Below, in pieces: positions 26,216-39,572 of a stretch of 64,000 bases of DNA; positions within the stretch are counted from its first letter, which is position 1, and the number at the start of each line of letters is the position of its first letter. This stretch comes from Cystobasidiomycetes sp. EMM_F5 (lineage: Eukaryota): positions 62,001-126,000 of the forward strand of contig JBPGPT010000005.1 in assembly GCA_051047955.1 (NCBI GenBank), read 5' to 3'. The notes under the pieces were generated by a model, which made no database searches, was not told the DNA's origin, and was given only the letters and a program-made list of their open reading frames with translations. Position numbers and translations under genes: made by a program.

Positions 26216-29200
26216 ATGTCTGGCAACGTCAAGCTCATCATCCGGCAGCCGCCTCACCGCGACTTTGTCCACGGATACCCTGGACTGACTGGCCTGCGAG
26301 ACGTCGGGGAAGCAAAACTGCACGGCACCGTCGAAGTCCGGGTGGGAAACAGCGCCGTGCAAGCAAAGTACCTGCACATCGAACTGCGAAAGACGGAAAC
26401 GGTCTCGACGAGCAAGGTGGGTTTGCGTAAAATGCAGTGGCGTCATGATGTAGCACTGAGACTGTCGCGCAGGGTATTCGAAGATACTACGAGGTAAGGC
26501 CGAGACTGGAAAGACTCCTGAGGACTGTGCATATAATTAAACCCCCATCACCAGCTTATTGGAACCCAGGCCGAGATACTATGGCAACCAAAGAACCCTG
26601 ACGCCGAAGGATTTGGAGGCCTGGACGATGTATGTTGTAGTGGCTCTGTACTCTCTCCATGTTTTGAAATTCGCTGACTCAGATGGGACTCGCCAATATC
26701 GCAAATCACCGAACACACAGAGCAATCATGCCTTTTCTATACCGGTTCCAGCTGGCCTACCGCCATCCATCGTCGCAGACCGTTCCAAGAACACCGGAAT
26801 TGTCTATCACCTCTGCGCAACTCTTCTTGCAAAACCAAAGAGCAAAATCTCGATATTCAGCGGACCTCCTGCCAAATTGCCGGTTGCAATTACGCAAAGT
26901 GCAGAGATCCTGATTGAGAAGCATGAGCTCAATTCGACCTGGCCAGTCTACTCCTGGCAGGCGGAAGAAGAGGCTCTCATACACGAAAGAGCAAATGTGG
27001 AAGTAAGGCTCAGAAGGGACAGCGTAATGTATGGAAGTGGAGATCCAGTACAATTCGTGCTCGACTTCCATAACAAGCGTGCCACAGCGACGAAGGTGAG
27101 TTTTTACATATCTCCAAGTATGGACGACAATCGCTGAGATGTCGGGACGTCACCGCCACTTGTTTACAGATCAACAAGGTCGAATTAACGTTGCGCGAGA
27201 TAGTCACAGCCCGCGAGGTCATCAATCCGAGTTCTGGCCCAGTCGCGAGTTCCACCGCCGGCTCCCCAGACAGCGAGGCTAGGCGGACTCTTCAGCAGGT
27301 CACCGAGGTATTTGCTATCAAAGTACCGGTTTCAAAAACACTGGCAGCCGGGACCGCATGTTCGCATATTGTTCGAGGATCTCTACCCGCAACGCATCAC
27401 CGCTTTACTGTTCAAAATGCTAAACACCTTGAAATCCGGTACGTCTTGCGTGTCCGGGCGTCTGTCGAGACTACAAAGGAGAAGAAGCAGCCGCTCTCCA
27501 GACGTTTCTCAGCATACACATCGGGTGTTAACGGTAGCGCGTCTAGTAACGTGGTCATCAACGGCAATGGCAAAGCGGATGGCAGTCATCGGAAGGAGCT
27601 GAAATTAGTTGAAGAGCAGATCAAGGAGCTGATCATGGACGATATTCCGGTGCTAATCTCGCCCTGGTCATCCAAGTTGGGTGAGTGGTATCGCAGCAAA
27701 CTCCAAGAAGCACCTCCACATCTTCTGCGACCCGCCAATGCGCCTACTTCTCCGATGCAGCGTCTCCTATCTCCCTCGACCAAAGGCGCAGATTTGCCTT
27801 CCGTACATATTCCTGCAAAGAGGGTCGCCCAGTCGCCTGTCGATGTTGCGTCTCCCACATTTGCTGGGTCAAGACCAAACTTTACACCCAACCCAGCCGC
27901 CAGTCGGGAGTCAGACTTCACACCCAAACCAGCGGCCAGCCGAGAGCATAGGCCTGCCGCTGCGAGTGCAATGACTCCTGTCGAGGAGCAATCGGAAGAG
28001 CCCTCAATCGACGAGCAAAGCAGCGATGCAAATCGAGAGCGCGTCTTTTCTGAAAGCCTTGCTGCTGGACGTCGCTTATCTAGCTTTCCAGCTAGGGTGG
28101 ACGGTCAAGATATCGAAGCACGCTACCGACCACTTTCCATTCAATCTCCACCCTTGGGCGCTTCCGATATGCAGAATGGTTTCGATCGCAATGCTGTAAT
28201 GCAAAGGCAGGGCGAGCAGCAACTCCGCCTAACTAGATCTCACGATGAACAACAAGCTGGGGCGCGGCCAGTGTCTTCGCGCATGTCCATGTCGCAGTCC
28301 ATGGAATCACCAGTGCGCGATCCTCCGAATCGTCTGCAGATGGACGGCGCCTACCCTGTGTTTCCGAAGCCTTCTCCAGTGGTTCAGCAACATCAAAATG
28401 CTGTCATTCCTCCTCGCCCCACTCGTGCTGCGCCTCCTCCTCCTCCCCCCGCAGAAAGCGACGGGGTTGACTCTGGCGGTGCTGCATTTGGAGGGGAATC
28501 AGAGGCTGATATTGGCAGTACAAGCGATACTGGAAATTCGAGGCAGCGTGAGCCAGCCGTGAGCAAAGTGCCCATCCATGTCAGCAAGCGGAAAAGCGAT
28601 GATGCGATGCAGCCTCTTATGCCGAGTAGCGTCAGCAATACCAACAGCGCTGGCATTCCGCCGCCTCGCATCTCTGCACCACGCCCCAAAGTCACGAATA
28701 TGTTTTCGTTGATGAGAAGCGGAACCCTGTCCACCATAACCGGTTCTCCGCCAGAATCTCCGGAAGATATCATGACGAGATCGCCATCCTTATCGTTCGA
28801 CACTGCAGCGAAGCAATGGCCGACTGCTGAACAGGAGAAGCAACGTTTGGTAGATAATTACAACAGACAGATTGCCTCGCAGCAGGAAGATCAAATAGCA
28901 CATCGGCATATTGACGCTATTCCGGAAGAGCCTGAACGACCGAGCTTGTTGCATGCGAATGACCGAAATCATTCATCTGCTTTACAGAGGACTACCAGCA
29001 ACCCGATCAGGAGCGAGAGCGGCTACGAGCAGGGTTATGGAATGAACGGCGATGATACCACGGGAGAAACACCACACCAACAATCAATCGCAATGTCGGC
29101 GGATGTGCCTTACCTAGATTCGGGTAAGCAGGCAGCCTGCGCAGTGAGGGGAAAAGTTCGCTGATGTTCGCAAAACACAATAAAGCCCGTACCATGAGAC

Positions 29201-29907
29201 ACGCGGCTCCGAGCGGCTTAATGAGCCCAGCATCCGCTGAGAAGTCTCTCTTTCAGATTGCCGCAACCTATCCGGGAGTGGATCAGCAGAAGTTGCTCTA
29301 TCTACAAGCGTTAGCTGAGCGCGAAGCCTATCAGCGCAAATTGGCCGGCGCAAGCCCAAAGCCGCTGTTGGCTCTGGAGGAGAAGCGTCGACTGCAGAGC
29401 AGCGTCGGATCTGACGTGGGCGGCAGTGCCAATTCAAACAGTCAAGGCGGCTTCAGTGCTTATAGCGCCAATTCAGCGTCCCAACAGGGCTCATACTATC
29501 GCGCTGCTGATGTAGCTTCATCCATCTACCTTACACCCTCTGGCGAGTACAATGTACGGCAGCGGCACGGCTACATTGAGTCACCACAATCGTCATCGAC
29601 ACATCTCCCGTCCTCCACCTCCGATCACTCCCAATCCTCGCTCGGTTCTTGGCTTCGCGATCCTAGCATAGCTCGTGGAAAACAACGCAATATCTCGGTA
29701 TACGAGAGTGATGATGGTCGACATTCCAGTCGTCGAAGTCTGGCAGAGTCCAAGGATGGACCGCCATTACCCCCGCGGCTTCCCCCTAAGCCTAAAGAGC
29801 TGCTCCTCGATATGTACTCGCACCTCGACTCTCCGACCGAGATGCGTGCTGCAGACTACGAACAGCATTTCGCACGACGCTCGGTGGCTGCTTCTACGGC
29901 GTACTAG
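26216..29907 (+). CDS. Arrestin-fold-like N-terminal domain protein with a long Pro/Ser-rich disordered C-terminus
   Basis: N-terminal beta-rich GYPG...LHGTVEVRVG...AKYLHIELRKTE, FSIPVPAGLPPSI, GIVYHLCATL and LEIRYVLRVRASV resemble arrestin/Ig-like sandwiches. Long ORFs 27191-29164 and 29164-29907 are joined by an intron. Family assignment is by resemblance only. Confidence 0.65.
27881..27946 (+). repeat. Imperfect 36-bp coding tandem duplication (FTPNPAASRESD / FTPKPAASRE)
   Basis: tttacacccaacccagccgccagtcgggagtcagac is followed by ttcacacccaaaccagcggccagccgagag. Confidence 0.8.
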
Positions 29908-30508
29908 TCGATCCTTTTGTCACGCTTCCCTGCCACATCTCCTGCCGTTGTCGTCATCGTAGCCTGCAATCACTGCCTTTTCTTAGCAGCGATTAAATCG
30001 CCAGCACCTCCTTTTATACACGCTGTTTCGCCTAGTATGAGCAATCCCCATAGAAGTACGCAAAACACGCGGCAGTAAGAAGAGTAATCTGTCCATATCA
30101 TTCGTAGCCAGTTCTTGGAGTTGTCGAGGTTGTTGTCTTTCGCGCGCGATGAACATCCATTTGTAAGACGTAGTAGTCGCGATATACAAGTCACATTCGA
30201 TGAACAGTCGCTGTTCTAGCAAGGCCTGCCGTAGCTTCCGGGTGCGAGCTCTTGCCACCTTGCGTACAGCAGCTAACTGCGGTAACATCACAGCAATTGG
30301 ACTACGATGTTATTTTACGTTGTGCGCGTTGATCGTGCTTGTTGCCATTCGTAGGCCAGGTTGTTGTCCATAAACTCGATAGGCGTTGGATTCTTACACA
30401 TTCGATTTCTCCTGGTCACTGACATCTTACGTTGACCAGGTTTGTATATAAGACGGTCGTGACGAGGTACGGAGGACTATAGTAGACCCGTCTCATTGAT
30501 CGGAGAAG

Positions 30509-31667
30509 TCAGTAGTAGCCGACAGTGTCAAGATCTCCATGAGGGTGCCGTTGAGTTTGTATTCGGATAATCTCGTCAAATTCGTCGTCTAAGCTATTTG
30601 CGGCATCAATCTGTCATGATCGAAAGCAGGGAGCTCATCAGCATATACACTCCGTCTCCATTACAAGTTATCACTTACAGCCGTACAGAGATCCAGCATA
30701 GCTCTCCCGACGATAAGAGCTTCTTCGTGATGGTCCTTGATCTCGATATTAATAGTGTGAAAGGGCCTATTCATTTCCCCTCCTTTTGCCAGCAAATCGT
30801 CACAGACTGCGTCAAAGCATCTCTCTTCGCACTTAATAACAACATCCGCAATGCCTCTGCTCTCCTGCCATCGTTCAGGCGCAGTCTTGATGTTGCGGTT
30901 TCGGTCAATCATGGCGAGGATGCCGTTGGCAGTATACAGCCTCGCGTCTTTTGCCTCGAGATCCCGATACATGTCATCGTAGGGCGTCCCGAAAGCGTAA
31001 ACATTGGATTTGTCAGTCGCATTGCCTGGTAGCCGGACAGCAGAGCCAGTACCTGCACTCGTTACGTTGAATTTCGCGCGACTGCAGGTTCGACAAGAAA
31101 AGCAAATGGTAAGTAGGTTGTCCACCGATGACTGTAGACCTGCATGTGAGAGAAGCTTGACCACCTACGATAATACCTTATGCCCCTCCATAGACCGATT
31201 CTACAAAAATGCAAAAAAGCACAGCAACTTAGACGAGATCTTCGAAAAGCAGACTTTTTTGGCACAGAGTGGCCAATGTGACTGACATTATTACTCGCGC
31301 ATAGAACACAGAGATTCTTCCGCACTTTGTATAGATTGATTTTTTGCGATTGTTGTGCGAGTGATGGTTGCGCTACACCGTTTGTCGGAGGCGGGAATGT
31401 GGATGGGCCGGCTGCGCCATTCACCTGCGGCTGCTGCTGTTGTTGGACAGGAGGTGTTCCGTATGAAGTGTAGGACTGCTGATTTGGTTGGAAAGAATGG
31501 ATTGCTGGGGTGGTCCTTGGGGCAGGACAAGGTTGCGGATGCTGCGGCTGAGGCTGCTGAAATTGGAAGGGTTGCGGGACCTGCTGCTGCTGGAGAATTA
31601 TCGAGGGTCGTGTAGAAGTCTGTTACTGCTGTTTTGCGTTTGCAAACCTAGCTCTTCGCGGGTCCAT
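30509..31667 (-). pseudogene. SSU72: Degenerate copy of SSU72 (RNA Pol II CTD phosphatase)
   Basis: Same 4-exon structure as 56905-58066, but codon 15 is TAA (31625-31623) instead of CAA. It also has a +1/-1 indel pair in exon 1 and substitutions at conserved sites (DKPN>DKSN, VITCEE>VIKCEE, PVHIIN>PFHTIN, KDNHEE>KDHHEE, HEILHT>HGDLDT). Confidence 0.88.
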
Positions 31668-31823
31668 GTTCTCAGAACCTGGACAGGACGATCCGTATCA
31701 CTCATTTAGAGCCAAGTAGACCAAAGCGTGTCGAGCGGTTACAGAATATCCAGGGATATATTATGCATGGTTCGAACGGCTTGTCCTCGATGCGCCTCGC
31801 GGCCCTCAGACGGATCCAATAGT
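30509..31823. repeat. Left arm of a ~1.3 kb direct repeat (SSU72 gene plus about 155 bp upstream)
   Basis: Aligns by eye to 56905-58226 in the same orientation. Homology starts at the stop codon and ends at ccaatagt (31823 / 58226). Confidence 0.93.
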
Positions 31824-32075
31824 CACGGTGTTCAAACCGGTTTTTACCTGAGGCTTCGCGCTGCAGAATGTCGCCCACCCACATCTGGGGTCTATAGATC
31901 TGATTGCAGCTTGGCTGATCAGGAACCTTGTGTGAGTAGAGGCGCAGCAGTCGCATGCGATGTGCCAGCCACTATTCACCTCATCCTGCAGACGGCAGCG
32001 ATAGTCCGTGATCCAGCATGAAATGGAGTCCACGGCTTGTTGGTTGGGTTCCTAACTCCAGGCGTAGTTGGAACG

Positions 32076-35000
32076 TTACGTGTCCGATGCGAGTTGGAAT
32101 TCGCAGTCTGTCCATCGCCTCAAGACAGATGCGTATATTTTGCCCAGGGACAGGCGGGTGCGCGTAGCATGCACTTCCATGAATGACGACATTGATAGAA
32201 CCACCATGACACGTGTACGAAGCGAAACCAACGGCGAATCGAGTATTCTAGTTGGTCCACCTGTCATAAAGCGCAAATATCTTATCAGTATGTTGCGAGT
32301 TGTGAAAGAAAGTGGATTGCCTGCCGTAGAGGATCCATCTACAAGCTGGATCGTCTTGTGGTTCTGCTGACCCCCCAATGCCAAGTCTGCCCAGTCGTTC
32401 CCAATCTACCGAGCCCGTAAGATCGTATGTCGGCTCTGTAAGATCGCTCTGCTTGCTCCAAGGAAGAAGAATAGAATAGATACAGATTGTGAGCGCTGCC
32501 TGGAAAGGCCCCAGAAACATCGGCAGTGTCCACGGCCCGCTCGCTTGAAGTAGAGATAAATCTTTTGCGTATCGTACTACTTGAGCTGCATGCAAAACCG
32601 TTCTGCGGGCTTCTATAGTGCCCGTCCAGTTCAAAAGAAGGTGTCGAAATGCCTCAGCCGCGCTCTCCTCCCCGTTCTGCCCTGCAGCATTATATATATG
32701 CGCGATGTTTGTGGAACATGACATGCAGAGCATATTCCACAAGAAGAACTCTGAAGTAGTATCGGCCAAACAGAGCAACGACTTGGCGGAAAAGTATTGA
32801 GCTAGATAAGCGAGAGCCGTGCCGATTCTTCTGGCGGGAGTCAGCCTCCTGTGCCAATGCGCAGTTATAGGAAAGCATGGCACTGACTGTGGGTCGGGCT
32901 GCCATTCATCATCAAGCATTCCCAGCTTTCGACATCGAATGTGCAATTGCAGTAGTGTCATGGCTGACTTAAGCTGGAGTGGTCTATGGAGCTGCCCGAC
33001 GGATTTCCCTTTCAGCAAATCGGACAACCAGGCTGACACTCGGACTTCTGTCGTGTCGGTAGTCGTCATAAGTTGTGCCCAGGCCTGTGCAGTTGTTGCC
33101 AGCCAGAGCGAGTCACTGCAAGGAAAAGCTGTTGCTATCTGGATGAGCGAATGTTCAGGAACACGTATATCGCCCGACAGCATGCTGAACCAGCAATCCG
33201 CAACTAGCAGACAATGCGCTAAGCTGCAATAGATGTTAGGCAGACACGCGGCCTCAACTTGACCCTAATAGGTACGTACCGCTTCGATGTTTCCTGCTCG
33301 ATAAATTTTCGCCAGCTGGATTCGATGTTACTTTCTGATGTCTGAAGTGAATTTATACCTTGAAACGGCGACACCGAAGCAAACAAGCCAACTTTTCGAG
33401 CGTGTTGTATGGCCATGATGTGCAAGGAATACGCGTGCCTCAAAGTAGGAACATCGCCGCCTATTGAAGCAAGATTGCCTCAGCATGATTTCAATTGCGT
33501 GCTTTGCGGACAGGATGAGTCACCGAGAATGCCAGCATATATGACCAGTACGAGGCACTGTAGCACATCGAGCTCCTGATGCATGTCGAAAGCACCCATG
33601 ATCCGCTCTTCCAGCGCCATTTGTACACGCTGCAGGACATTGCTCGAGAACGCTAATGCTTTGGGCGTCCCGATTGACTGGCGCATGGCGAGATCAGTGG
33701 GATGCGCAACATGGCTTACTAGACGTGCTCACGCGAGCGCCGTTGGCACACATTGACAAGAGACAAATGATCGACAGATTTTGGGAATTAAAAGTCGGGA
33801 TGTGGGTAAACCTGCGATGCATGTGGCAGGTAATTCAGCCACGGTTCATGACTGAAAGAGTATATTTCGTACACATGGACTCCGTAATGAGCTGAGAGAT
33901 ACTCCTGGAATAAGGGCCGGTCAATACGTCAAGGTGATGATAGTCCAGGGGCCTACATGCAATGCCGCCCCCAAGAAATCGGAATTGGGTAAATCAGGCA
34001 AATGGCCCACGGCTGGCGGTGGCTATAGGTGATCATAGTTTTAAGCTTCTCAAGCTCATTCGCCAACCGAATATCAGTAAGTGCAGCTTACGTCTCCCGA
34101 TGCTACCGACTTGATACTACTTGCTAGGGAAGGACCGTCTTCTACCAAAGGCCAGAGGTCGCGTACAGCTGAGTAACGTCGGGCCAGGTCAAGAGGCGAG
34201 AAAGGCAGCTGATTACAGACTCCTTCGGATGCGGCAGGACCTGAGCCGGCATTGGTGGTAACAACGTCACCTATACCGTCTGATAAGTTAAACGTGGGCA
34301 CCGAATCGTCGGTTGCGAGTGGCACTACGCCAGGGTCAAGATTCGCATTTTGTAAGACCGGAGTCGACAGCCACGAGCGGAAGGCATCGTCAATATGGTC
34401 GGTCAGTTCATACTGTACTTGTGGGTTGAAAAGGTCGATAACAGAATCATGCCACCTGAATTGGTGTAATTGGTGTAACTCCTGGGGATTGACACCGCTG
34501 CAGAAAGCTGTGTCATCAAACGGTCGAATGACCGAGCTTGCGGAAAAAGGATCCTGTCTGCTGACTGGATAAGCGTCTTGTGCTATAGCTTGCGACGCAA
34601 GCCGTTCTGGAACTTCCGCAATGTCTGCAAATAGATTCGCAATGTCTAGCTCGTCGCCGGGCTGTCTTTGCTGCTGTACGAGTTGAGACATGTCACGTTT
34701 ATTGCGTACACGTACAAGTCTGCTCACCGATCGCATGTCTAGCCGCATTTCGCCGTCATGGAATGCGTAGCGAGGACCAAGATTTGACCGCTCGGCGGCC
34801 GTAAGAGCGATGGGAGTGTCCGGGGCTGCCTGTTCTGCTTGACCAGCTCCTGCAGTTGTTCCTGCAACTAGATTGCTCAGATGCGGGCTGATATCCGTAC
34901 TCAATTGATCCGCATCTGGTACAAAAGTAGTTGAGACAACCAGGGGCTGTGTAGACAAAGAGTCAGGCCATCTGCTTGACCTCTGTTCAGGAGTATAAGA

Positions 35001-35584
35001 GCAATACGTGCCTCGCAGCGAGGAACGGACTGCTGGACGTGTGCCCCTATTGACGATGTTGGCAGGCCGTCGCGCTGCGGGGAAAAGGAAGATGCTTGGC
35101 CGAACCACGATTCCTGTGAGGACGAGAACAAGCCGCGAGAGATATCGCCCATTCGAAGCGTCTCAAGGTCTTCGCCTTGACCGCTGTCAGCGTTTTCTCC
35201 GTCTGGTTCCTGGGCATCATCAGGTTTGTCGGCTAACGTTATTGCGCTCATCTCCGCGCCCGGTAGAGCGTGTCTCCGCTCGTGTCTGGATAGCACATCC
35301 TTGCGAGCAAACGTTTTCCTAGTCGTGAAAGGCCGGATGGTCTTGGTCAGCGTCCTGCAAGCAGAAGCTGGCACGATGGGCGCTCTTGACTAACAAGCAG
35401 TAACGACAGGCGAATGGGCGACTACCGGAATGGACCCTCGCATGTCGAGCGAGATGCCCAGACTTTGAAAAAGTCTTGCCGCATCTTTGCTCGCTCAGAA
35501 ATCAGCCCATCTGTAGAGGTCCGGAAGCCCATGCCATGTGGCATGACCCCACTAAGCTCACTCATTGCAGTTGACTTGGCCCAT
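32076..35584 (-). CDS. Transcription factor with two N-terminal C2H2 zinc fingers plus a fungal-specific TF middle domain
   Basis: Spliced fingers [49 protein letters not shown]. Downstream [48 protein letters not shown] and [17 protein letters not shown] are typical of this fungal TF class. 3' end uncertain (32248 or about 32076). Confidence 0.88.
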
Positions 35585-35930
35585 GTGGCTTTCGGCTTCG
35601 AGACTGGCAGCTCGGAGTGCATATCAGGGCGTTGACTGCCGTATACGTTGGTGCGAGACTGGCTTGTTGGCCTAAGCTGAGCCGACTTTACCATTTGAGG
35701 GGGAACCTCTCACGCCCCATGCTCACAATGCAACAATGCGTACGGCGGCTGAAAGTGTGTAACTTCGCGCAGGAGCCGGTCTCATTCGTTTCCTCGCGTA
35801 GCCGCAACGGCAGAGATGAGTCTAATAAGCATACATTCCGTACACACGCGACAAGCCAATGCGTAAAGGAAGCACTGTGATCATGCGAGTATCTGGATCT
35901 AGATGGCCGCATCTTATCGTTATGGCGCCG

Positions 35931-37532
35931 TTAGATACCATTGCCGCCGGTCACCTGCAAAAATACCGTTCATCAGTCTTTGGACGGACTTTTGTATTGG
36001 CGAAGCAATTCAGCCCTGACCTCAAGCGTATGACCAGTCACATAGCTCGCCATCGGCGAAATCAAGAAGAGCACTGCCGCAGCCGCTTCCTCCGCTTTCG
36101 CTCCACGTCCCAACGGTATCTGCAATTCCGAGGGCGACAACATCAGAACGCCAATATGATATCCAGGCTGGTGAAACTCACGCCTGGTACAGGCTTTGAG
36201 CCGTCCCCGGATCCGCCTCCGGGAATACCGAGTGCAATCTTTTGACCATCCACAATGATTGATTCGCCTTTCTCCTTTGGCTGAGTCAGGCGTGTCTCGA
36301 TTAGACCACTGACGCCGCTGCGCACTTAGCTTTCTGACGTCGGCTGCGTACGGAAGTGTAACGCACAAGGCTACAGTATTACAACGGACGTTGAAGGAAC
36401 CTGTTCATTTAATGTGATCAGCGTGTGGTGAGCCCGTTTTCGTCGTGGATGGAGGATGGAGAACACACCCCATTCTTTTGCGACAGTCTTGGTCAAGCCT
36501 GTGATACCCTGATGTTTGAGAAAATACTCAGCAGCTTTCGAAAGATTAAAGTGATGAAGCTCACAGCCTTTGCGGTAGCGTCTATTTAGTTACAGATGTT
36601 AAGTGTAAGGAGACTGCGCATTCCTTACATCATATCAACACTGGGAGTCGACTTACAATTGGCTTGGCCAACGTTGCCATGCAAGCCTGCAATAGAAGAC
36701 ACATTGACGATTGATCGATTGGTATGTACGACCTTTGGATCTTTTGACCGTAGAATCCCAGCCGCGGCTTTGATAATGCCTACATATCATCATCATGATC
36801 ATCCATGTCTCGTCAATGGATATTTGAGTGCACGGATACCTACGAAACGGTGCGACATTGTGGACCCTCAAGATCAAGTCAAAGGTTTCATCCGACATTG
36901 TGTGCAGCATCTGTTCGGGATTGCCAAGGCGGACCGGTTGCCATCAGTCATGCGGTCATATATCGGTGCGTGTCACTCATACCTTATCTGAGAACGTCCG
37001 TGTGACATGATTCAGTAACGTAAATGATACGGACAGCGCAAGACCATTCGAGCTGCGAAGACTCACCGAAGGTGAAACCAGCATTATTAACAATGTGTGA
37101 CACTTTACCGTATTTGCTACAGAGCGATGGTTAATGCGATGCGTCAATAGGTTGCCTCACAACCCACGACATGGTCTTGTCAATCAGGGCTTTAGGGAAG
37201 TCGTCCGCCGTGATGTCTCCGGAAACTGCGTACGCGTCCCCGCCTGACCTCTGAATCTCTTGCACCACAGCCTGAGCTTTCGCTGTGATATTGGAGCGGT
37301 ATCAGAGAGTAGCGCATCTCCACCCTGACGGGGCAAGTATCGTAGACTTGCCATCGTCGATATCGCTGACTACGACTTTAGCGCCTTCCTTCGCAAACAG
37401 GACCGCGCATGCTTTACCAATGCCCTGAGCAGCTCCCGTGATGATGACAACATCACCCGCTATAAGACCGCTAGGATAGCTGTTTGTTAGATGGTTGCTA
37501 ATCGCCGAGAGTCTGTTGGCAGTAGTCGACAT
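35931..37532 (-). CDS. Classical short-chain dehydrogenase/reductase (FabG/3-hydroxyacyl-CoA dehydrogenase-like) with N-terminal PTS2
   Basis: VVIITGAAQGIG, VVVSDIDD, IVNNAGFTFDKMLH, NVSSIAGLHGNVGQANYATAKA (YxxxK), IPLGRGA and SPMASYVTGHTLE|VTGGNGI*. RLSAISNHL at residues 7-15 fits the PTS2 consensus. Confidence 0.92.
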
Positions 37533-37804
37533 GGCGGACGGAATATCTGGTACTCGCTCGATATGTAGTGAACAGCAACGTAGATGAGATTAGGGATGTC
37601 TGTGAGGATGTGAAGTAATGCAGAATGCTATTCACTCAGACAGTGGCCTGTTTTAGTGCACAATATACGGGTGGGGCCGCGAGATGGGGACGGCACAGCC
37701 ACTGGCTTCAGCTGGACCAACACGGGACACCAGTGCATCAATAATTTCCACTGAGCTGCCAATCGCTGGAACCAAGTACTGCTCGCTGCAGCCCACACAG
37801 CTAG

Positions 37805-39089
37805 ATGACGGATTCGGGGGCGGACCTGATGCAGCGTATCGCGGAGTTTGGTGCCGACAATGCGATAGTCAGCACGCACCACACGTCTTTACTTGAGGAG
37901 TTGAGGACTTACCTGCTTCATAATTGCCAGGACCAGCAAGCTGCCTTTACCTTACCATTAGTCGTTGAGCAGCAAAAGCAGAGGCTATCGCATTTGACGC
38001 AACCGCAGGAATACGAGTATGGAACACACGAGCGACACAAGCTGGACGTCTATCCTGCCCAAAGCCATGACCGGCACTCTGAGCGGCCTCCACTGCTTCT
38101 CTTCTTGCCAGGCGGTGGCTTTGCAGTCGGAGATAAGCGCGCTGCTCCCGGCGGTCAGCAAGCCCTCACGTATGTTGTGCCAGCACTTAGTGACATTCCT
38201 CCATCTGGACGATGCTCTCTCTCGACACGTCGAATCGACATCCAGTCTATGCTGGACTGGCAAACTATTTCGCTGCCCATGGTATTCCCTGTTTCAGCGA
38301 AACACTCGCGATAATGCCCTGACATATGGTTAACTTTGCATGACTGCTGCAGGGTTCTGCGTTGTCGTTATGAATTACCGACTGTTACGGCATGGTGCAA
38401 TTTACCCCGACGGGGCTAGCGACCTGGCACAAGCTTTGGCGTGGATTGGACAAGGCAATCTAGGGAACCGAGCAGATTGCAACAGTGTCTACCTTTTCGG
38501 GGAGAGTGCCGGGTAAGCAGGTATAGCATTCACTCATGGGTCAGCGGAGTCTTCCTGATCATACTGCAATTGTGCCGAACTTTGTCGGGCAGAGGTATGC
38601 ACATCGCGACACTACTCTATGGCAAATGCCAAGATTTCCAGTCTATTCCATCGATACCTGGAATATCGCTGCGGGGAGTAGTGTATTTGAGCGCCCCATT
38701 CGGAGGTGCGTCTCCACTGCCTCCGAACTGGCAAACATATTATGGCGGAGAAGCGGCGTTTCAAGATCATTCCCCGATTGCGCTACGACGGGCCAGCTCG
38801 GACAGAACCCCCACACTCATCGTCAGCGCAGACTTTGACATAAGCGCAGTTCGAAGCTGGGTAGGATGCCAGCATGCATTGGCCTCAATCATTGGCATAC
38901 TGACGCTACGGCATTCAGGTCGAGCCGTTTCGTAACGCTGTGCAGGCTGCGGGCGCTCCGGTACAAACTATTGAAGCGACCGGGCATAATCATGTCAGCC
39001 CGGCTGCTAGCGTGGGCCTGAACGAAAAAGCAGACCGATGGTGTCAAACCTTGATACAGTGGGCATATTCTCGTGTCATTCTGCAGTAA
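37805..39089 (+). CDS. Alpha/beta-hydrolase (HSL-family esterase / kynurenine formamidase-like)
   Basis: YGTHERHKLDVYP, oxyanion motif LFLPGGGF.VGDK, VVVMNYRL, nucleophile elbow LFGESAG, SADFD and GHNHVSP. Stop at 39089. Confidence 0.88.
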
Positions 39090-39383
39090 TATCTGGCTGT
39101 CAGGTATTTGGGGTCGAAGAGGAGTGCATCAATAGCTTTGCAATTCTAACGCAGCTATTCGCTCCGGGTTTCACTTGTAATCTGAATATGCATGCGTGTT
39201 ATTATGATATAAGAGCAGATTGAATGCTGAAGTCTGCTCACATCTCTTGGCCAGTATGTTTCCTCCTCACTCCAACCTGAGCTATGTCCAATTCCTGCAA
39301 TTGGGAATTACATCAGTGGGACTCAGGCTATACATTCAGAATTATTATCCTCGAGCTCGGCGCGCAGCCCCGGAGCCCGCCGA

Positions 39384-39391
39384 GTGGGGTC
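39384..39391 (+). promoter_or_regulatory. GTGGGGTC motif upstream of the PRISE-like gene (candidate cluster TF site)
   Basis: One of five exact GTGGGGTC/GACCCCAC copies seen in non-coding DNA of the island. A GCGGGG follows at 39399. Confidence 0.45.
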
Positions 39392-39572
39392 AGGTCATGC
39401 GGGGCGGTGGCTTCGCTTGGTTTGTAGCGCCAATTGGTATGCGTGCCGCAGTACATATCCTCTGCTTCATCTGGAACGCTGCCGAGATATCAGACACCCT
39501 GGGGCTGGCTTCAGTTCTGCTATCCGACGTTCCAAAGGCTCCGTATACTCACGACCTCATCAAAGATCTAGA

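Noticed and set aside
29970..30291. Minus-strand ORFs of 74-102 aa between the arrestin-like gene and the SSU72 pseudogene
   Set aside because: No recognisable motifs or consistent splice structure; probably chance ORFs.
38100..38125. PGGG instead of HGGG in the esterase oxyanion motif
   Set aside because: The GGG core and the apparent Ser/Asp/His triad are intact and this position varies in the family, so it is not evidence of decay.
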